Notes under the pieces: model-generated
Databases searched by the model: none
Seen by the model: only the letters and a program-made list of their open reading frames with translations
Told to the model about the DNA's origin: nothing
Shown here: piece by piece, positions 26,642 to 36,328 of the stretch
How positions within the stretch are numbered: the stretch's first letter is position 1
How the letters are laid out: every line of letters begins with the position of its first letter
Program-made: the position numbers and the translations under genes
Origin: Hydrurus foetidus
Lineage: Eukaryota
Assembly (NCBI GenBank): GCA_900617105.1
Contig: UYFQ01000001.1
Coordinates: forward strand, 558,001-622,000
Reading direction: 5' to 3'
DNA length: 64,000 nucleotides

Positions 26642-28000
26642 ATGATTGCAAAGATGAATTTCTTAACAATTTTTGAATTCGACAAAATATTTGAAAAGAA
26701 AGAAAATGAGACTGGTACGAAGATTCTCGGTGTTCCAAGCCAAGTCTTCGCTTGGTTGGAGTCTCAGTGTCTTGAACGCAGAAGTGATGGCAAGTCAATA
26801 GCCTGGGCCAAGCTAACGCAATCGAACGGCCAGCGGTGCGTTCAGTTTGACGGCTACGCTGGCGTGGTTCGTGCGCCTTGCGGATTTCAGATTGAAGTAC
26901 TGCCAAAGACAGGAAAAAATACAAAAATAGGCGAAGCGCGAGCACTTTTCATCAAAATGCTGAAGTGCTTGCAGGGGTTTCGGCACATTGAAATAGCCCC
27001 CGCTGATTTGTCTTCAGAGCGCATGCCGCTGTTGGATGTGTTCATACGGCAGTTTCTATTGGCTGTTGGTGCACTGGTCAAGCGCGGTCTGCGCAGTGAC
27101 TATGTGTCTCGACAAGACAACCTGTTTGCCCTGCGCGGTAAGTTGCTGGTGGGTCAGCAGATTGTTCAGAATCTGGTGAGGCGGGATCGTTTTTTCACCG
27201 CACATGATGAGTTCTCACAGGATCGAGCGGAGAACCGGCTTATTCATGCTGCACTCCGTCAGGTGCTAACCCAGAGTCGATCGAGCGAGAACCAGCGCAT
27301 GGCACGCGAGTACAGCTTCGTTTTCGCAGAGGTTCCCCTGCCTGTTGATGTCTCATTAGATATTCAGAAAATCAGACTGGGCAGAGGCATGAACTATTAC
27401 GAGCCGGCACTTGATTGGGCCAAACTGATCTTGAAGGGGCTCAGCCCGACCTCTGGAATGGGTGGGCATCATGCACCGTCGCTCCTGTTTCAAATGAGTG
27501 CAATGTTCGAGTCCTATGTTGCAAAGCATTTGACAAAGCAATTGCACCCCGACTTTGATCTCCAGGCCCAGGCACAAAACCAGTATCTGGTGAAGCACGA
27601 AACGCATGATTGGTTTCGCCTGAAACCGGATTTGTTGGTCAAAGGCAAAGACAAGCAAAGTACACCACTGGTTCTGGACACCAAGTGGAAGATTCTTGAT
27701 GCAGAAAAAAATAATGGAACTGATAAATACAACCTCAGTGAATCTGATTTTTATCAGATGTATGCGTATGGTCACCACTATCTGACGGGTCAGGTCGGGG
27801 ACATTGTGTTGATCTACCCAAAGACGGACACTTTTCAATGTCCTCTGCCTGTTTTTGACTTTCCCCATACAGCTGAGATGTGCCTATGGGTACTGCCGTT
27901 TGACCTCAAAAGCGATCGGCTGGTTTTGCCAAAATCCTTGCCCTCGCAGTTTCAGTCGATCTTCTTGGATTCCGTATGCCCCGCCGCCCCAACAATTTAG
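26642..28000 (+). CDS. mcrB-associated mcrC: McrC-family restriction endonuclease subunit
   Basis: IEVLPK, LRGKL, ENRLI, FESYV, PD-(D/E)xK core KPDLLV...LDTKWK and DFYQMYAY motifs. Confidence 0.92.
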   Translation: MIAKMNFLTIFEFDKIFEKKENETGTKILGVPSQVFAWLESQCLERRSDGKSIAWAKLTQSNGQRCVQFDGYAGVVRAPCGFQIEVLPKTGKNTKIGEARALFIKMLKCLQGFRHIEIAPADLSSERMPLLDVFIRQFLLAVGALVKRGLRSDYVSRQDNLFALRGKLLVGQQIVQNLVRRDRFFTAHDEFSQDRAENRLIHAALRQVLTQSRSSENQRMAREYSFVFAEVPLPVDVSLDIQKIRLGRGMNYYEPALDWAKLILKGLSPTSGMGGHHAPSLLFQMSAMFESYVAKHLTKQLHPDFDLQAQAQNQYLVKHETHDWFRLKPDLLVKGKDKQSTPLVLDTKWKILDAEKNNGTDKYNLSESDFYQMYAYGHHYLTGQVGDIVLIYPKTDTFQCPLPVFDFPHTAEMCLWVLPFDLKSDRLVLPKSLPSQFQSIFLDSVCPAAPTI

Positions 28001-28962
28001 AAACGCTCAATCTCAGCCTGGAGTTGCTCAAGCGCATTCCCCGTCATCGCAAAGTCGATTCGGGTGAATTGCATGCGCAATTGGCGGAGGCTGGATTTGT
28101 TCGAGATTTGCGTTCTGTCCAACGTCAGCTGGAAACACTTTGCGAGCATTTCGACATTGAAAAGGACGATCAATCGCGTCCTTATGGTTATCGGTGGAAA
28201 GCGTCTGCGCAGAGTTTTTCGTTGCCGGGCTTGAGTGAACAAGAGTCTTTGCTGCTGAGTTTGGCCGAGCAGCATTTACGCAACCTGTTGCCGGTTTCTT
28301 TGATGAAGTCGATGGACAGTTTTTTTGAGCAGGCACGGCGAAACCTGTCACCCGTGCTTGCGCAGAACTCAACCAATTTGGCGCGAGATTGGATGAAAAA
28401 GGTGCGCGTGGTCAGCATCATCATGCCCTCATTGCCTCCTAAGCTGGCACCCGATGTGTTTGAACAAGTGAGTCGGGCGCTGTACAGCAACTATTGGTTG
28501 GACATCACCTATACCAATGCAAAGAACAAAACAACCCAAGCCCGTGTGATGCCGCTGGGCTTGGCGCAGCAAGGCGTGCGTCTGTTCATGCCCTGCCGTT
28601 TTGAGGGCTACCAGGACACGCGCAATCTGGCATTGCACCGCATCAAATTGGCAAAAAGTACAGGACTGACTTTTGAACGCCCCGATGATTTTGATTTGCA
28701 AACCTACGATGACAACGGCCACTTCGCCTATGGCAAGGGTGATCTTATTCATGTGGTGTTTTGGGTGGCTGATGGGTTGAGTTTGTTGTTGGAAGAGTCC
28801 CCGCTTTCCAAGGACCAAAAAATTTCACCTGCCCCAGAGGGGCAAGACGGTTTTGTACTTTCAGCTACCGTTGTTGATTCGTCTCTGTTGGTTTGGTGGC
28901 TGCGCAGCCAGGGCAAGGCGTGCCGGGTGATTGAGCCGGCGCAGCTGCGGGAACGCCTTTGA
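27976..28962 (+). CDS. HTH-WYL-WCX transcriptional regulator
   Basis: N-terminal wHTH (RDLRSVQRQLE), WYL core (VMPLGLAQQGVRLF...RNLALHRI), WCX (ESPLSKDQ...WWLRSQG...VIEPAQLRE). Overlaps the mcrC end by 25 nt. Confidence 0.92.
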   Translation: MPRRPNNLETLNLSLELLKRIPRHRKVDSGELHAQLAEAGFVRDLRSVQRQLETLCEHFDIEKDDQSRPYGYRWKASAQSFSLPGLSEQESLLLSLAEQHLRNLLPVSLMKSMDSFFEQARRNLSPVLAQNSTNLARDWMKKVRVVSIIMPSLPPKLAPDVFEQVSRALYSNYWLDITYTNAKNKTTQARVMPLGLAQQGVRLFMPCRFEGYQDTRNLALHRIKLAKSTGLTFERPDDFDLQTYDDNGHFAYGKGDLIHVVFWVADGLSLLLEESPLSKDQKISPAPEGQDGFVLSATVVDSSLLVWWLRSQGKACRVIEPAQLRERL

Positions 28963-29023
28963 CACACTGAAAACATGCAGGGACGCCGTGTCGCGTCAAG
29001 GTTGGGTGGGTGATTTTTGATCC

Positions 29024-29070
29024 ATCAGAAAAAAATGATTCATAAAGAAATTTATTTGAATTTTCATTAT
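29024..29070. promoter_or_regulatory. AT-rich LysR/CbbR-type binding region upstream of cbbM
   Basis: ATCA-N8-TGAT (29024-29039) and TGA-N7-TTA, a T-N11-A motif (29057-29069). Confidence 0.45.
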
Positions 29071-29138
29071 GAATAGACCTGCCTACAGTCCACTCCATCT
29101 CACCCCAACCTCAACTTGTGAACTGATGGAGACTGCAC

Positions 29139-30521
29139 ATGGACCAATCGAACCGCTACGCTGACCTGAGCCTCAATGAGGCTGACCTGATCCAGGGCGG
29201 CAAACATATTTTGGTGGCTTACAAAATGTTGCCCAAGCCCGGCTTTGGCACCTACTTGGCGGCTGCCGCGCATTTTGCGGCGGAATCGTCCACGGGCACC
29301 AATGTGGAGGTGTCCACCACCGATGATTTCACACGTGGGGTGGACGCGCTGGTCTATTACATCGACGAAGCCACCGAAGACATGCGCATCGCCTACCCGA
29401 TGGATTTGTTTGACCGCAACATGACCGATGGCCGCATGATGATGGTGTCGATTTTGACCCTCATCATCGGCAACAACCAAGGCATGGGCGACATCGAGCA
29501 CGGCAAGATTCACGACATTTACTTCCCTGAGCGTGCCATCCAGTTGTTCGATGGCCCATCCAAAGACATCACCGACCTGTGGCGCATCTTGGGTCGCCCG
29601 TTGAAGGATGGTGGCTACATTGCGGGCACCATCATCAAACCCAAGCTGGGCCTGCGCCCCGAGCCGTTTGCCAAAGCTGCGTATGAGTTTTGGCTGGGCG
29701 GTGACTTCATCAAAAACGATGAGCCGCAAGGCAACCAGGTGTTTTGCCCGGCCAAAAAGGTCTACCCTCTGGTGTACGACGCGATGAAGCGGGCGATGGA
29801 CGAAACCGGCGATGCCAAGATTTTCTCAGCCAACATCACCGCTGACGACCACTACGAAATGCTGGCCCGTGCCGATTTCATCCTGGAAACCTTTGGCCCG
29901 GATGCTGACAAAGTGGCCTTCTTGGTCGATGGTTTTGTGGGTGGCCCCGGCATGATCACCACCGCCCGCCGCCAGTACCCCAACCAGTACCTGCACTACC
30001 ACCGCGCCGGGCACGGCATGGTCACGTCGCCCTCGGCCAAGCGGGGCTACACCGCCTTTGTGCTGGGCAAAATTGCGCGTTTGCAAGGGGCCTCTGGCAT
30101 CCACGTCGGGACGATGGGGTTTGGCAAGATGGAGAGCGAAAACTCGGACAAAAACATCTGCTACATGCTGGAGCGCGACGAGTGCCAAGGCCCGGTGTAC
30201 TACCAAAAGTGGTACGGCATGAAGCCCACCACTTCCATCATTTCCGGCGGCATGAACGCGCTGCGCTTGCCGGCTTTCTTTGCGAATTTGGGCCACGGCA
30301 ACGTCATCAACACCTCGGGCGGCGGTGCCTATGGCCACATCGACAGCCCGGCTGCTGGGGCTGCCTCGCTGCGCCAAGCCTTCGAGTGCTGGAAATCAGG
30401 CGCTGACCCCATCGAGTACGCCAAGGAGCATAAAGAGTTTGCCCGCGCCTTTGCCTCCTTCCCAGGGGATGCGGATCAGCTGTTCCCCGGCTGGCGCGAC
30501 AAGTTGAGCGCGCACCGGTAA
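29139..30521 (+). CDS. cbbM: Form II ribulose-1,5-bisphosphate carboxylase/oxygenase
   Basis: [11 protein letters not shown]-terminus, [27 protein letters not shown] and HYHRAGHG motifs. No small subunit gene. Confidence 0.97.
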   Translation: MDQSNRYADLSLNEADLIQGGKHILVAYKMLPKPGFGTYLAAAAHFAAESSTGTNVEVSTTDDFTRGVDALVYYIDEATEDMRIAYPMDLFDRNMTDGRMMMVSILTLIIGNNQGMGDIEHGKIHDIYFPERAIQLFDGPSKDITDLWRILGRPLKDGGYIAGTIIKPKLGLRPEPFAKAAYEFWLGGDFIKNDEPQGNQVFCPAKKVYPLVYDAMKRAMDETGDAKIFSANITADDHYEMLARADFILETFGPDADKVAFLVDGFVGGPGMITTARRQYPNQYLHYHRAGHGMVTSPSAKRGYTAFVLGKIARLQGASGIHVGTMGFGKMESENSDKNICYMLERDECQGPVYYQKWYGMKPTTSIISGGMNALRLPAFFANLGHGNVINTSGGGAYGHIDSPAAGAASLRQAFECWKSGADPIEYAKEHKEFARAFASFPGDADQLFPGWRDKLSAHR

Positions 30522-30543
30522 GTCACTTCAGGACGGACAAAGC

Positions 30544-31323
30544 ATGAACGCCATTCCTTTTTACCAACCCCAAGGACAAGAGGTGGCGTTGTTTGAAGCC
30601 GCCTATGCCGCCCGCTTGCCCGTCATGGTCAAAGGGCCGACGGGCTGCGGCAAGTCGCGGTTCATTGAGCACATGGCGCACCGGCTGGGGCGCAGGCTCA
30701 TCACCGTGGCCTGCAACGAAGACATGACGGCCAGTGACTTGGTAGGCCGCTACCTGCTGGATGCGGGCGGCACCCGCTGGCAAGATGGCCCGCTGACGGT
30801 GGCGGCCCGCACGGGGGCGATTTGCTATCTGGACGAAATCGTTGAAGCGCGGCAAGACACCACGGTGGTGATTCACCCCTTAACCGATCACCGCCGCCAG
30901 TTGCCGCTGGACAAAAAAGGCGAAACCGTCCATGCCCACCCCGATTTCCAGCTGGTGATTTCGTACAACCCCGGCTACCAAAGCCTGCTGAAAGACCTCA
31001 AGCCGTCCACCAAGCAACGCTTTGCTGCGCTGGAGTTTGATTACCCGAATGCGGCCTTGGAAGCAGAAATTGTGAGCAAAGAAACCAGTCTAAATGAGCT
31101 GCAAGCCACACAATTGGTCAGCATTGCCCACGCCGCTCGCCAGCTCAAAGGCCACGGCCTGACGGAAGGCATCTCCACACGGTTGCTGGTCTACGCCGCC
31201 ACCCTCATCGTCGGTGGTGTCGCCCCGCGTGACGCTTGCCGCATGGCCTTGGTGCGCCCCATCACCGACGATGCCGACATCCGCCAAACCTTAGACCACG
31301 CCATCGACGCGATTTTCTCGTAA
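30544..31323 (+). CDS. cbbQ: CbbQ RuBisCO activase (MoxR-type AAA+)
   Basis: KGPTGCGKSRF, YLDEIVEARQDT, SYNPGYQ and KPSTKQRF motifs. Follows cbbM. Confidence 0.95.
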   Translation: MNAIPFYQPQGQEVALFEAAYAARLPVMVKGPTGCGKSRFIEHMAHRLGRRLITVACNEDMTASDLVGRYLLDAGGTRWQDGPLTVAARTGAICYLDEIVEARQDTTVVIHPLTDHRRQLPLDKKGETVHAHPDFQLVISYNPGYQSLLKDLKPSTKQRFAALEFDYPNAALEAEIVSKETSLNELQATQLVSIAHAARQLKGHGLTEGISTRLLVYAATLIVGGVAPRDACRMALVRPITDDADIRQTLDHAIDAIFS

Positions 31324-31324
31324 G

Positions 31325-33523
31325 GTGGGAAAACAATTGGAATCTGACCCCCATTATTTGGCGTTCGCCCGTGCCCTGGGCAAGATGGGGCGGGGGCCGG
31401 AGCCTGAAATTGCGTTTTTAGAGGCTTGGCCGTCCGTGGTGCAAACGGTGGGCGAGGGTGTGCTGAATGAGGTGTCGGCGCTGCTGCATGCGATGCAAAA
31501 GTCACCCAACAGTGGGGCGATGGTGCCGCTGCTGCGCAGCCTGCCTGCGGTGGCCCGCTGCGTGCAGGGTGCGCAGGGCTTGCGCCAGTATCTGAGCACT
31601 GTGGAGCGGGTGATGCTCGCCACCAGCCTGTCCATTCATGGCCGCCAAGCTACGTTTGAGAGCCCCGGCTTGCCCGTGCTGCTGGCACAGGCTCCACAGC
31701 TGCTGAGCCTGCTGACCGTAGAAGGCTTTAGCCGCTGGGCTGATTACGGTGCCCGCCATTATGTTGATCACCCCGACCGCCAACGTGACTACTTTGCCCT
31801 GGCCTTGCCTGACAGCCGCGCCGTGCTGCAACGCGAGCGGCCTGGGACGTTGTTTGTGAGGGTGGAACGCCAGCTTGAACTGACCTTGCGTGCGCTCTGG
31901 CCGGATTCACCCCTTCCCACGCTGGCCCCCATCCCAACCTTCCCCCACGGGGGGAAGGGGCAAGAGGGCCACCATGCAGCGCAAGTTTCTCTTGTCCCTT
32001 GGATGAGCGCTGACAGCATTTTCCTGCTCGATGCCTACAGCGATTCCCATGGTGTCTGCGGCCTGAACCGCTATCGCCTGGCCCTCGCCCACCTCGCCGC
32101 CCACCGCCGTTGGAGCATGCCGCTGGTGGCCGACAACCTCAGCCCGCTGCAACGCCTCACCGTCGAATGCCTGGAAGATGCCCGCATCGACCACCTGCTG
32201 CTGCGCCGCTTTCCCGGCCTGCGTCTTCAGCTCTTGGCGTTGCACCCGCACCCCGATGAGCGCGCCTGCGACACCACCACCCACAGCAGCCTGTTGCACC
32301 GCCTGGTCATGCTGTCACGCGCTTTGTTGGATGCCGAGCACGGCTACACCGATACCGCGCTGCTGGCCTGCGTCGCCCGTTTTCACCAGCTGCTGCAAGC
32401 GGGCGATGGCACCTCTAACACCTCCAGCACCGAAGCCATGCGAACCCTCGCGTTAACCCACGCTGCCCGCAGCCGCCTGCAAAGCGATCAACTGGCCCGC
32501 GTGTATTTCGACAACACCCAAGTCAGCTACCGCGACGACAACCGCCACCTGTGGACGTTCATTGAGCAGGGCGATGAGGAAGAAACCTTTGTCCCCACGC
32601 CATCGCTCCAAGCCGTTGACCTGTACGCCTTGCCGCCCCGCCTCTACCCCGAGTGGGATGCCCCCACCCAAAGCTACCGCCCCGATTGGGTCAGCGTGCG
32701 CGATTCCCTGCACGCCAGCGGCGATGCCCGCCACATCGACACCCTGCTGGCCAAACACGCCACCTTGGCCCGCCAGTTGCAGCGCCTGCTGGACTTGCTT
32801 CAACCGCAAGACCGCGTGCGCATCCGCTACCAAGAAGAAGGCAGTGAGCTGGACTTGGACGTGGCGGTGCGTTCGCTGACCGACTGGCGTGCCGGTGCGA
32901 GCCCTGACCCTCGCATCCTGATGAGCCACCGCGCCAGCGACCGCAGCATCGCCGTGCTGGTGCTGCTGGACTTGTCCGAATCCCTGAACGATGAAGTGCC
33001 CGGCACGGGCCAAACTCGCCTGGCCCTAAGCCAGGAAGCCGTCGCCCTGCTGGCCTGGGCGGTAGACCAATTGGGCGACCCGCTGGCGATTGCCGGTTTC
33101 CATTCCAATACCCGGCACGATCTGCGCTATCAGCACATCATGGGTTTCGGCGAGCGCTGGGGCGATGCCCCCAAAGCCCGTTTGGCCGCGCTGGAAGCCA
33201 AATTTTCGACCCGCATGGGGGCCGCACTGCGCCATGCGGCCCACACCTTGAGCGCCCAAAAAGCGGACAAAAAACTGCTGCTGGTGCTGACCGATGGCCG
33301 ACCTAGCGACGTGGATGTGTCCGATGACCAGCTCCTCATCGCCGACACTCACCAAGCCGTCCAAGAACTGACCCAGCTCGGTATCCACAGCCACTGCATC
33401 AGCCTCGACCCGCAAGCCGACACCTACGTCCACGGCATGTTCGGCCACCACACGACGGTGGTGGACAGGCTTGAGCAGTTGCCTGAGCGGTTGGCGCGGT
33501 TGTTTGTTCAACTGACGCGGTAA
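31325..33523 (+). CDS. cbbO: CbbO VWA-domain activase adaptor
   Basis: SYRDDNRHLW, YPEWD, QEEGSELDLD, MIDAS DLSES, STRMGAALRHA and LTDGRPSD motifs. Confidence 0.92.
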   Translation: MGKQLESDPHYLAFARALGKMGRGPEPEIAFLEAWPSVVQTVGEGVLNEVSALLHAMQKSPNSGAMVPLLRSLPAVARCVQGAQGLRQYLSTVERVMLATSLSIHGRQATFESPGLPVLLAQAPQLLSLLTVEGFSRWADYGARHYVDHPDRQRDYFALALPDSRAVLQRERPGTLFVRVERQLELTLRALWPDSPLPTLAPIPTFPHGGKGQEGHHAAQVSLVPWMSADSIFLLDAYSDSHGVCGLNRYRLALAHLAAHRRWSMPLVADNLSPLQRLTVECLEDARIDHLLLRRFPGLRLQLLALHPHPDERACDTTTHSSLLHRLVMLSRALLDAEHGYTDTALLACVARFHQLLQAGDGTSNTSSTEAMRTLALTHAARSRLQSDQLARVYFDNTQVSYRDDNRHLWTFIEQGDEEETFVPTPSLQAVDLYALPPRLYPEWDAPTQSYRPDWVSVRDSLHASGDARHIDTLLAKHATLARQLQRLLDLLQPQDRVRIRYQEEGSELDLDVAVRSLTDWRAGASPDPRILMSHRASDRSIAVLVLLDLSESLNDEVPGTGQTRLALSQEAVALLAWAVDQLGDPLAIAGFHSNTRHDLRYQHIMGFGERWGDAPKARLAALEAKFSTRMGAALRHAAHTLSAQKADKKLLLVLTDGRPSDVDVSDDQLLIADTHQAVQELTQLGIHSHCISLDPQADTYVHGMFGHHTTVVDRLEQLPERLARLFVQLTR
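31925..31961. repeat. REP-like palindromic element lying in frame within cbbO
   Basis: CCCCCATCCCAA followed by hairpin CCTTCCCCC-ACG-GGGGGAAGG (31938-31958). Encodes APIPTFPHGGKG. Confidence 0.55.
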
Positions 33524-33628
33524 TTTTTAAATGCGCACGTTTGAGTCCGAGCTCCTTTTTGACAATCATGCTGCTGAACCGGGCACGTTTGGAGCGCCAT
33601 GCCGCAGAAATGGCGGCATGATGCAGTC

Positions 33629-34477
33629 ATGATTTCCTGGACAGACACCCATTGCCACCTCGATGCACCTGAATTTAGCGCTGATGTGCAAGCTGTGCGG
33701 TCACAAGCAGCTATCAAAGGTGTAGCGCACTGCGTATTGCCTGCGGTGGAGGTATCCAACTTTGATACCGTGCGCGAGATGGCACACCGGTTTGGCGACA
33801 GCTATGCGTTGGGCATTCATCCTCTGTTCACACCCCAAGCGAAGGAGGCTGATTTGGCTGTGCTGGATGCGCAATTGGCACTGCACTGTGATGATCCCCG
33901 TTTGGTTGCCGTAGGCGAAATAGGCCTGGATTACTTCGTATCCGGTCTGGATCCGCAGCGCCAAGAGTTTTTTTACCGCGAGCAGCTCAAGTTGGCGCGT
34001 CGCTATGGCTTGCCGGTGATCGTGCATGTGCGCAAATCGGCTGACCGACTGCTGAAGAGTCTGCGTGAGTTTGCACCCAACCGCGCTGAGCTTGGTCAGC
34101 GTACGGGTTGGACAGGTATTGCGCACGCCTTCAATGGCAGCGAGGTGCAGGCCCAGGCGTTTATCGACATGGGTTTCGCCTTGGGCTTCGGGGGGGCGGT
34201 AACTTACGAGCGGGCTTTGCAGCTGCGGCGCTTGGCCGCCAGCTTGCCGCTGAGCGCCATCGTGATGGAAACCGATGCGCCGGACATTCCGCCACACTGG
34301 CTTTACCAAACAGCGGTGCAGCGGGCGGCGGGCTTGCCGCAAGGGCGCAACGAACCGGGTGAGTTACCGCGCATTGCCGCCGTGGTGGCGCAGTTGCGGG
34401 GGATTTCTGTGGAGGCGCTGGCGCTGGCTACCCAGGCGAATGCGCACCGGGTTTTGCCTAAATTATCGAAGCTGTAA
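33629..34477 (+). CDS. TatD-family nuclease
   Basis: DTHCHLD, LGIHP, GEIGLD, VHVR, HAF and ETDAPD motifs. Confidence 0.93.
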   Translation: MISWTDTHCHLDAPEFSADVQAVRSQAAIKGVAHCVLPAVEVSNFDTVREMAHRFGDSYALGIHPLFTPQAKEADLAVLDAQLALHCDDPRLVAVGEIGLDYFVSGLDPQRQEFFYREQLKLARRYGLPVIVHVRKSADRLLKSLREFAPNRAELGQRTGWTGIAHAFNGSEVQAQAFIDMGFALGFGGAVTYERALQLRRLAASLPLSAIVMETDAPDIPPHWLYQTAVQRAAGLPQGRNEPGELPRIAAVVAQLRGISVEALALATQANAHRVLPKLSKL

Positions 34478-34488
34478 AAGGATCTGGC

Positions 34489-35403
34489 TTAAGCTGCCTT
34501 GGTCTTGGGGGCAATTTTGCGGGCCAGCTCAGGGATGGCTTTGCGGCCTGCTTCGTAGCCTGCTTGAATCAGGTCTTTGCGGGCGGCAAAGTCGGTGCTG
34601 CTGAAGCGTGAGGTGTCGGGACGAATCACAAAATCAGCCTGCTGGGCTTCCAGGTCGGACAAGGCTCTGCCCATGATTTCAAACGACTGCAAGATCACCT
34701 CGTACAGTCCGCTGCCGGTGTTGTTTTGGGGTTTGGCCCCTACATCAATCGCAATCACTACGTCGGCCCCCAGTAAGCGGGTTTGCTTGACAGGCAGAGG
34801 ACTGCACAAGCCGCCATCAACCAGCTCAACGCCGTTAACCATGGTGGGCACAAACACGCCAGGAATTGCGCATGAAGCTCGCACGGCCAGACCGGGGTCA
34901 CCGGTGCGCAGCAGCACGGGGGCACCTGTCAGCAGGTTGGTGGCGACGGCACCGAACGGGATTTTGAAGCGCTCAATCGGCTGGTGGCGAGCGTATTCGT
35001 TGACCAGTTTTTGCAGCGCATCGCCCGCAAACATACCGCGTTTGTTGGAAGAGTTGATGTCGGCCACGTCAATGTCGCGCACCTTCAGGGCGACTTCTTC
35101 CATCTGCCAGGGGGTGTAGCCTGCGGCGTAAAAAACGCCAATCAGTGACCCGGCGCTGGTGCCCGCCAGCACGTCGGCTTTGTAGCCCGCTTCGTCCAGC
35201 GCTTTGAGCACGCCGATGTGTGAAAAACCTCGGGCTGATCCACCTCCCAGGGCCAGCCCTAGGCGCGCACCCCCAGCACCGCCCAGGCGACGGGGGGTGG
35301 TTTGGGCTTGCACAGATGACACTCCCGCAGTGAACCCCCACGCCATGGCAGTGGACAGCATGGCGGTGATCGCTTTGCGACGAGGGACTGCGGTGGTGTT
35401 CAT
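34489..35403 (-). CDS. Patatin-like phospholipase with Tat-like signal
   Basis: GGGSARG, GTSAG, ASCAIPG and DGG motifs. N-terminal PRRKA followed by a hydrophobic stretch. Confidence 0.9.
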   Translation of the reverse strand: MNTTAVPRRKAITAMLSTAMAWGFTAGVSSVQAQTTPRRLGGAGGARLGLALGGGSARGFSHIGVLKALDEAGYKADVLAGTSAGSLIGVFYAAGYTPWQMEEVALKVRDIDVADINSSNKRGMFAGDALQKLVNEYARHQPIERFKIPFGAVATNLLTGAPVLLRTGDPGLAVRASCAIPGVFVPTMVNGVELVDGGLCSPLPVKQTRLLGADVVIAIDVGAKPQNNTGSGLYEVILQSFEIMGRALSDLEAQQADFVIRPDTSRFSSTDFAARKDLIQAGYEAGRKAIPELARKIAPKTKAA

Positions 35404-36050
35404 TATTTGCTTTCCATGGGCTTGATGAGGCCCTGTTCAATCAATTTCTTGAGCTTGGCCCAGGCGGACTCGAAAGCATTCGGGGCTTCGCCCTTGGTGA
35501 TGTTTTCGATTTTTTCGTCCAGGATCAAAATTTCAACACGGCGGTTGAATTTGCGGCCTTCTTCTGTGGCGTTAGACGCGATGGGGCGGTTGAACGCATA
35601 GCCCACAGTGCTCAGGCGTGCCGTTGCCACGCCTTGCTTGAGCAAAGCATCCCGCACGGTGCGGGCACGGGCTTCGGACAGGGCTTGGTTGCTGCTGGCA
35701 GAGCCAACGTTGTCGGTATGGCCTTCGAGCTGGATATTGTTGGGGGTTTTGCTGTTGAGCAGCTGGGCCACGCGGCTGATGTAAGCCACGGATTCGGTGG
35801 GATTCAGATCGGCTTTGCCCACTTCAAAGAGGGCTGCACTGGGCAAGAAAATTTGCACACCGCGCGCGGATTGTTCAATCGGCAGGGTAGGGCCGCTGTA
35901 GACCGGCACCACGATAGGGGGCGGTGGTACCGGTGTGGGTGGTGGCGTTTGGCATCCCAGCATGGCCAGTGCGGTGAAGCTGGCGAGTCCGAGGCGGCTG
36001 ATGTGGTGGCGCAGGGAACGCAGGGAAGGGTTTTGGGGTGTGGTGAACAT
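35403..36050 (-). CDS. OmpA-family lipoprotein
   Basis: Lipobox MLGC, EGHTDNVG, NQALSEARA and NRRVEI motifs. Confidence 0.9.
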   Translation of the reverse strand: MFTTPQNPSLRSLRHHISRLGLASFTALAMLGCQTPPPTPVPPPPIVVPVYSGPTLPIEQSARGVQIFLPSAALFEVGKADLNPTESVAYISRVAQLLNSKTPNNIQLEGHTDNVGSASSNQALSEARARTVRDALLKQGVATARLSTVGYAFNRPIASNATEEGRKFNRRVEILILDEKIENITKGEAPNAFESAWAKLKKLIEQGLIKPMESK

Positions 36051-36328
36051 AGGGCTTGAGGTTACGGTAACGGAAAGTAGGTGCATTGATACTGTGAACG
36101 AACCATAAGGGCAAGCGGTTGACTATGTTTGCGGTGCGGGTATGGGCAATCAGCATATCCGTACCTTTCGCACAGACTGTTACAAAAATATCCAACGCCA
36201 GTCTTTTGCTTTAGGTCTGAGCGAACCGCTGCATGATGCATGGCCCTTCAAGACATTGGCAATCTGCCACCACTTACCCCGCTCGCAAATGCGGGCAATA
36301 CGGAGTTATTCGGATCGCTCTAGATCGC

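Noticed and set aside
29139..30521. RuBisCO-like protein (form IV)
   Set aside because: The form II N-terminus, full catalytic motifs and adjacent cbbQ/cbbO indicate a true carboxylase.
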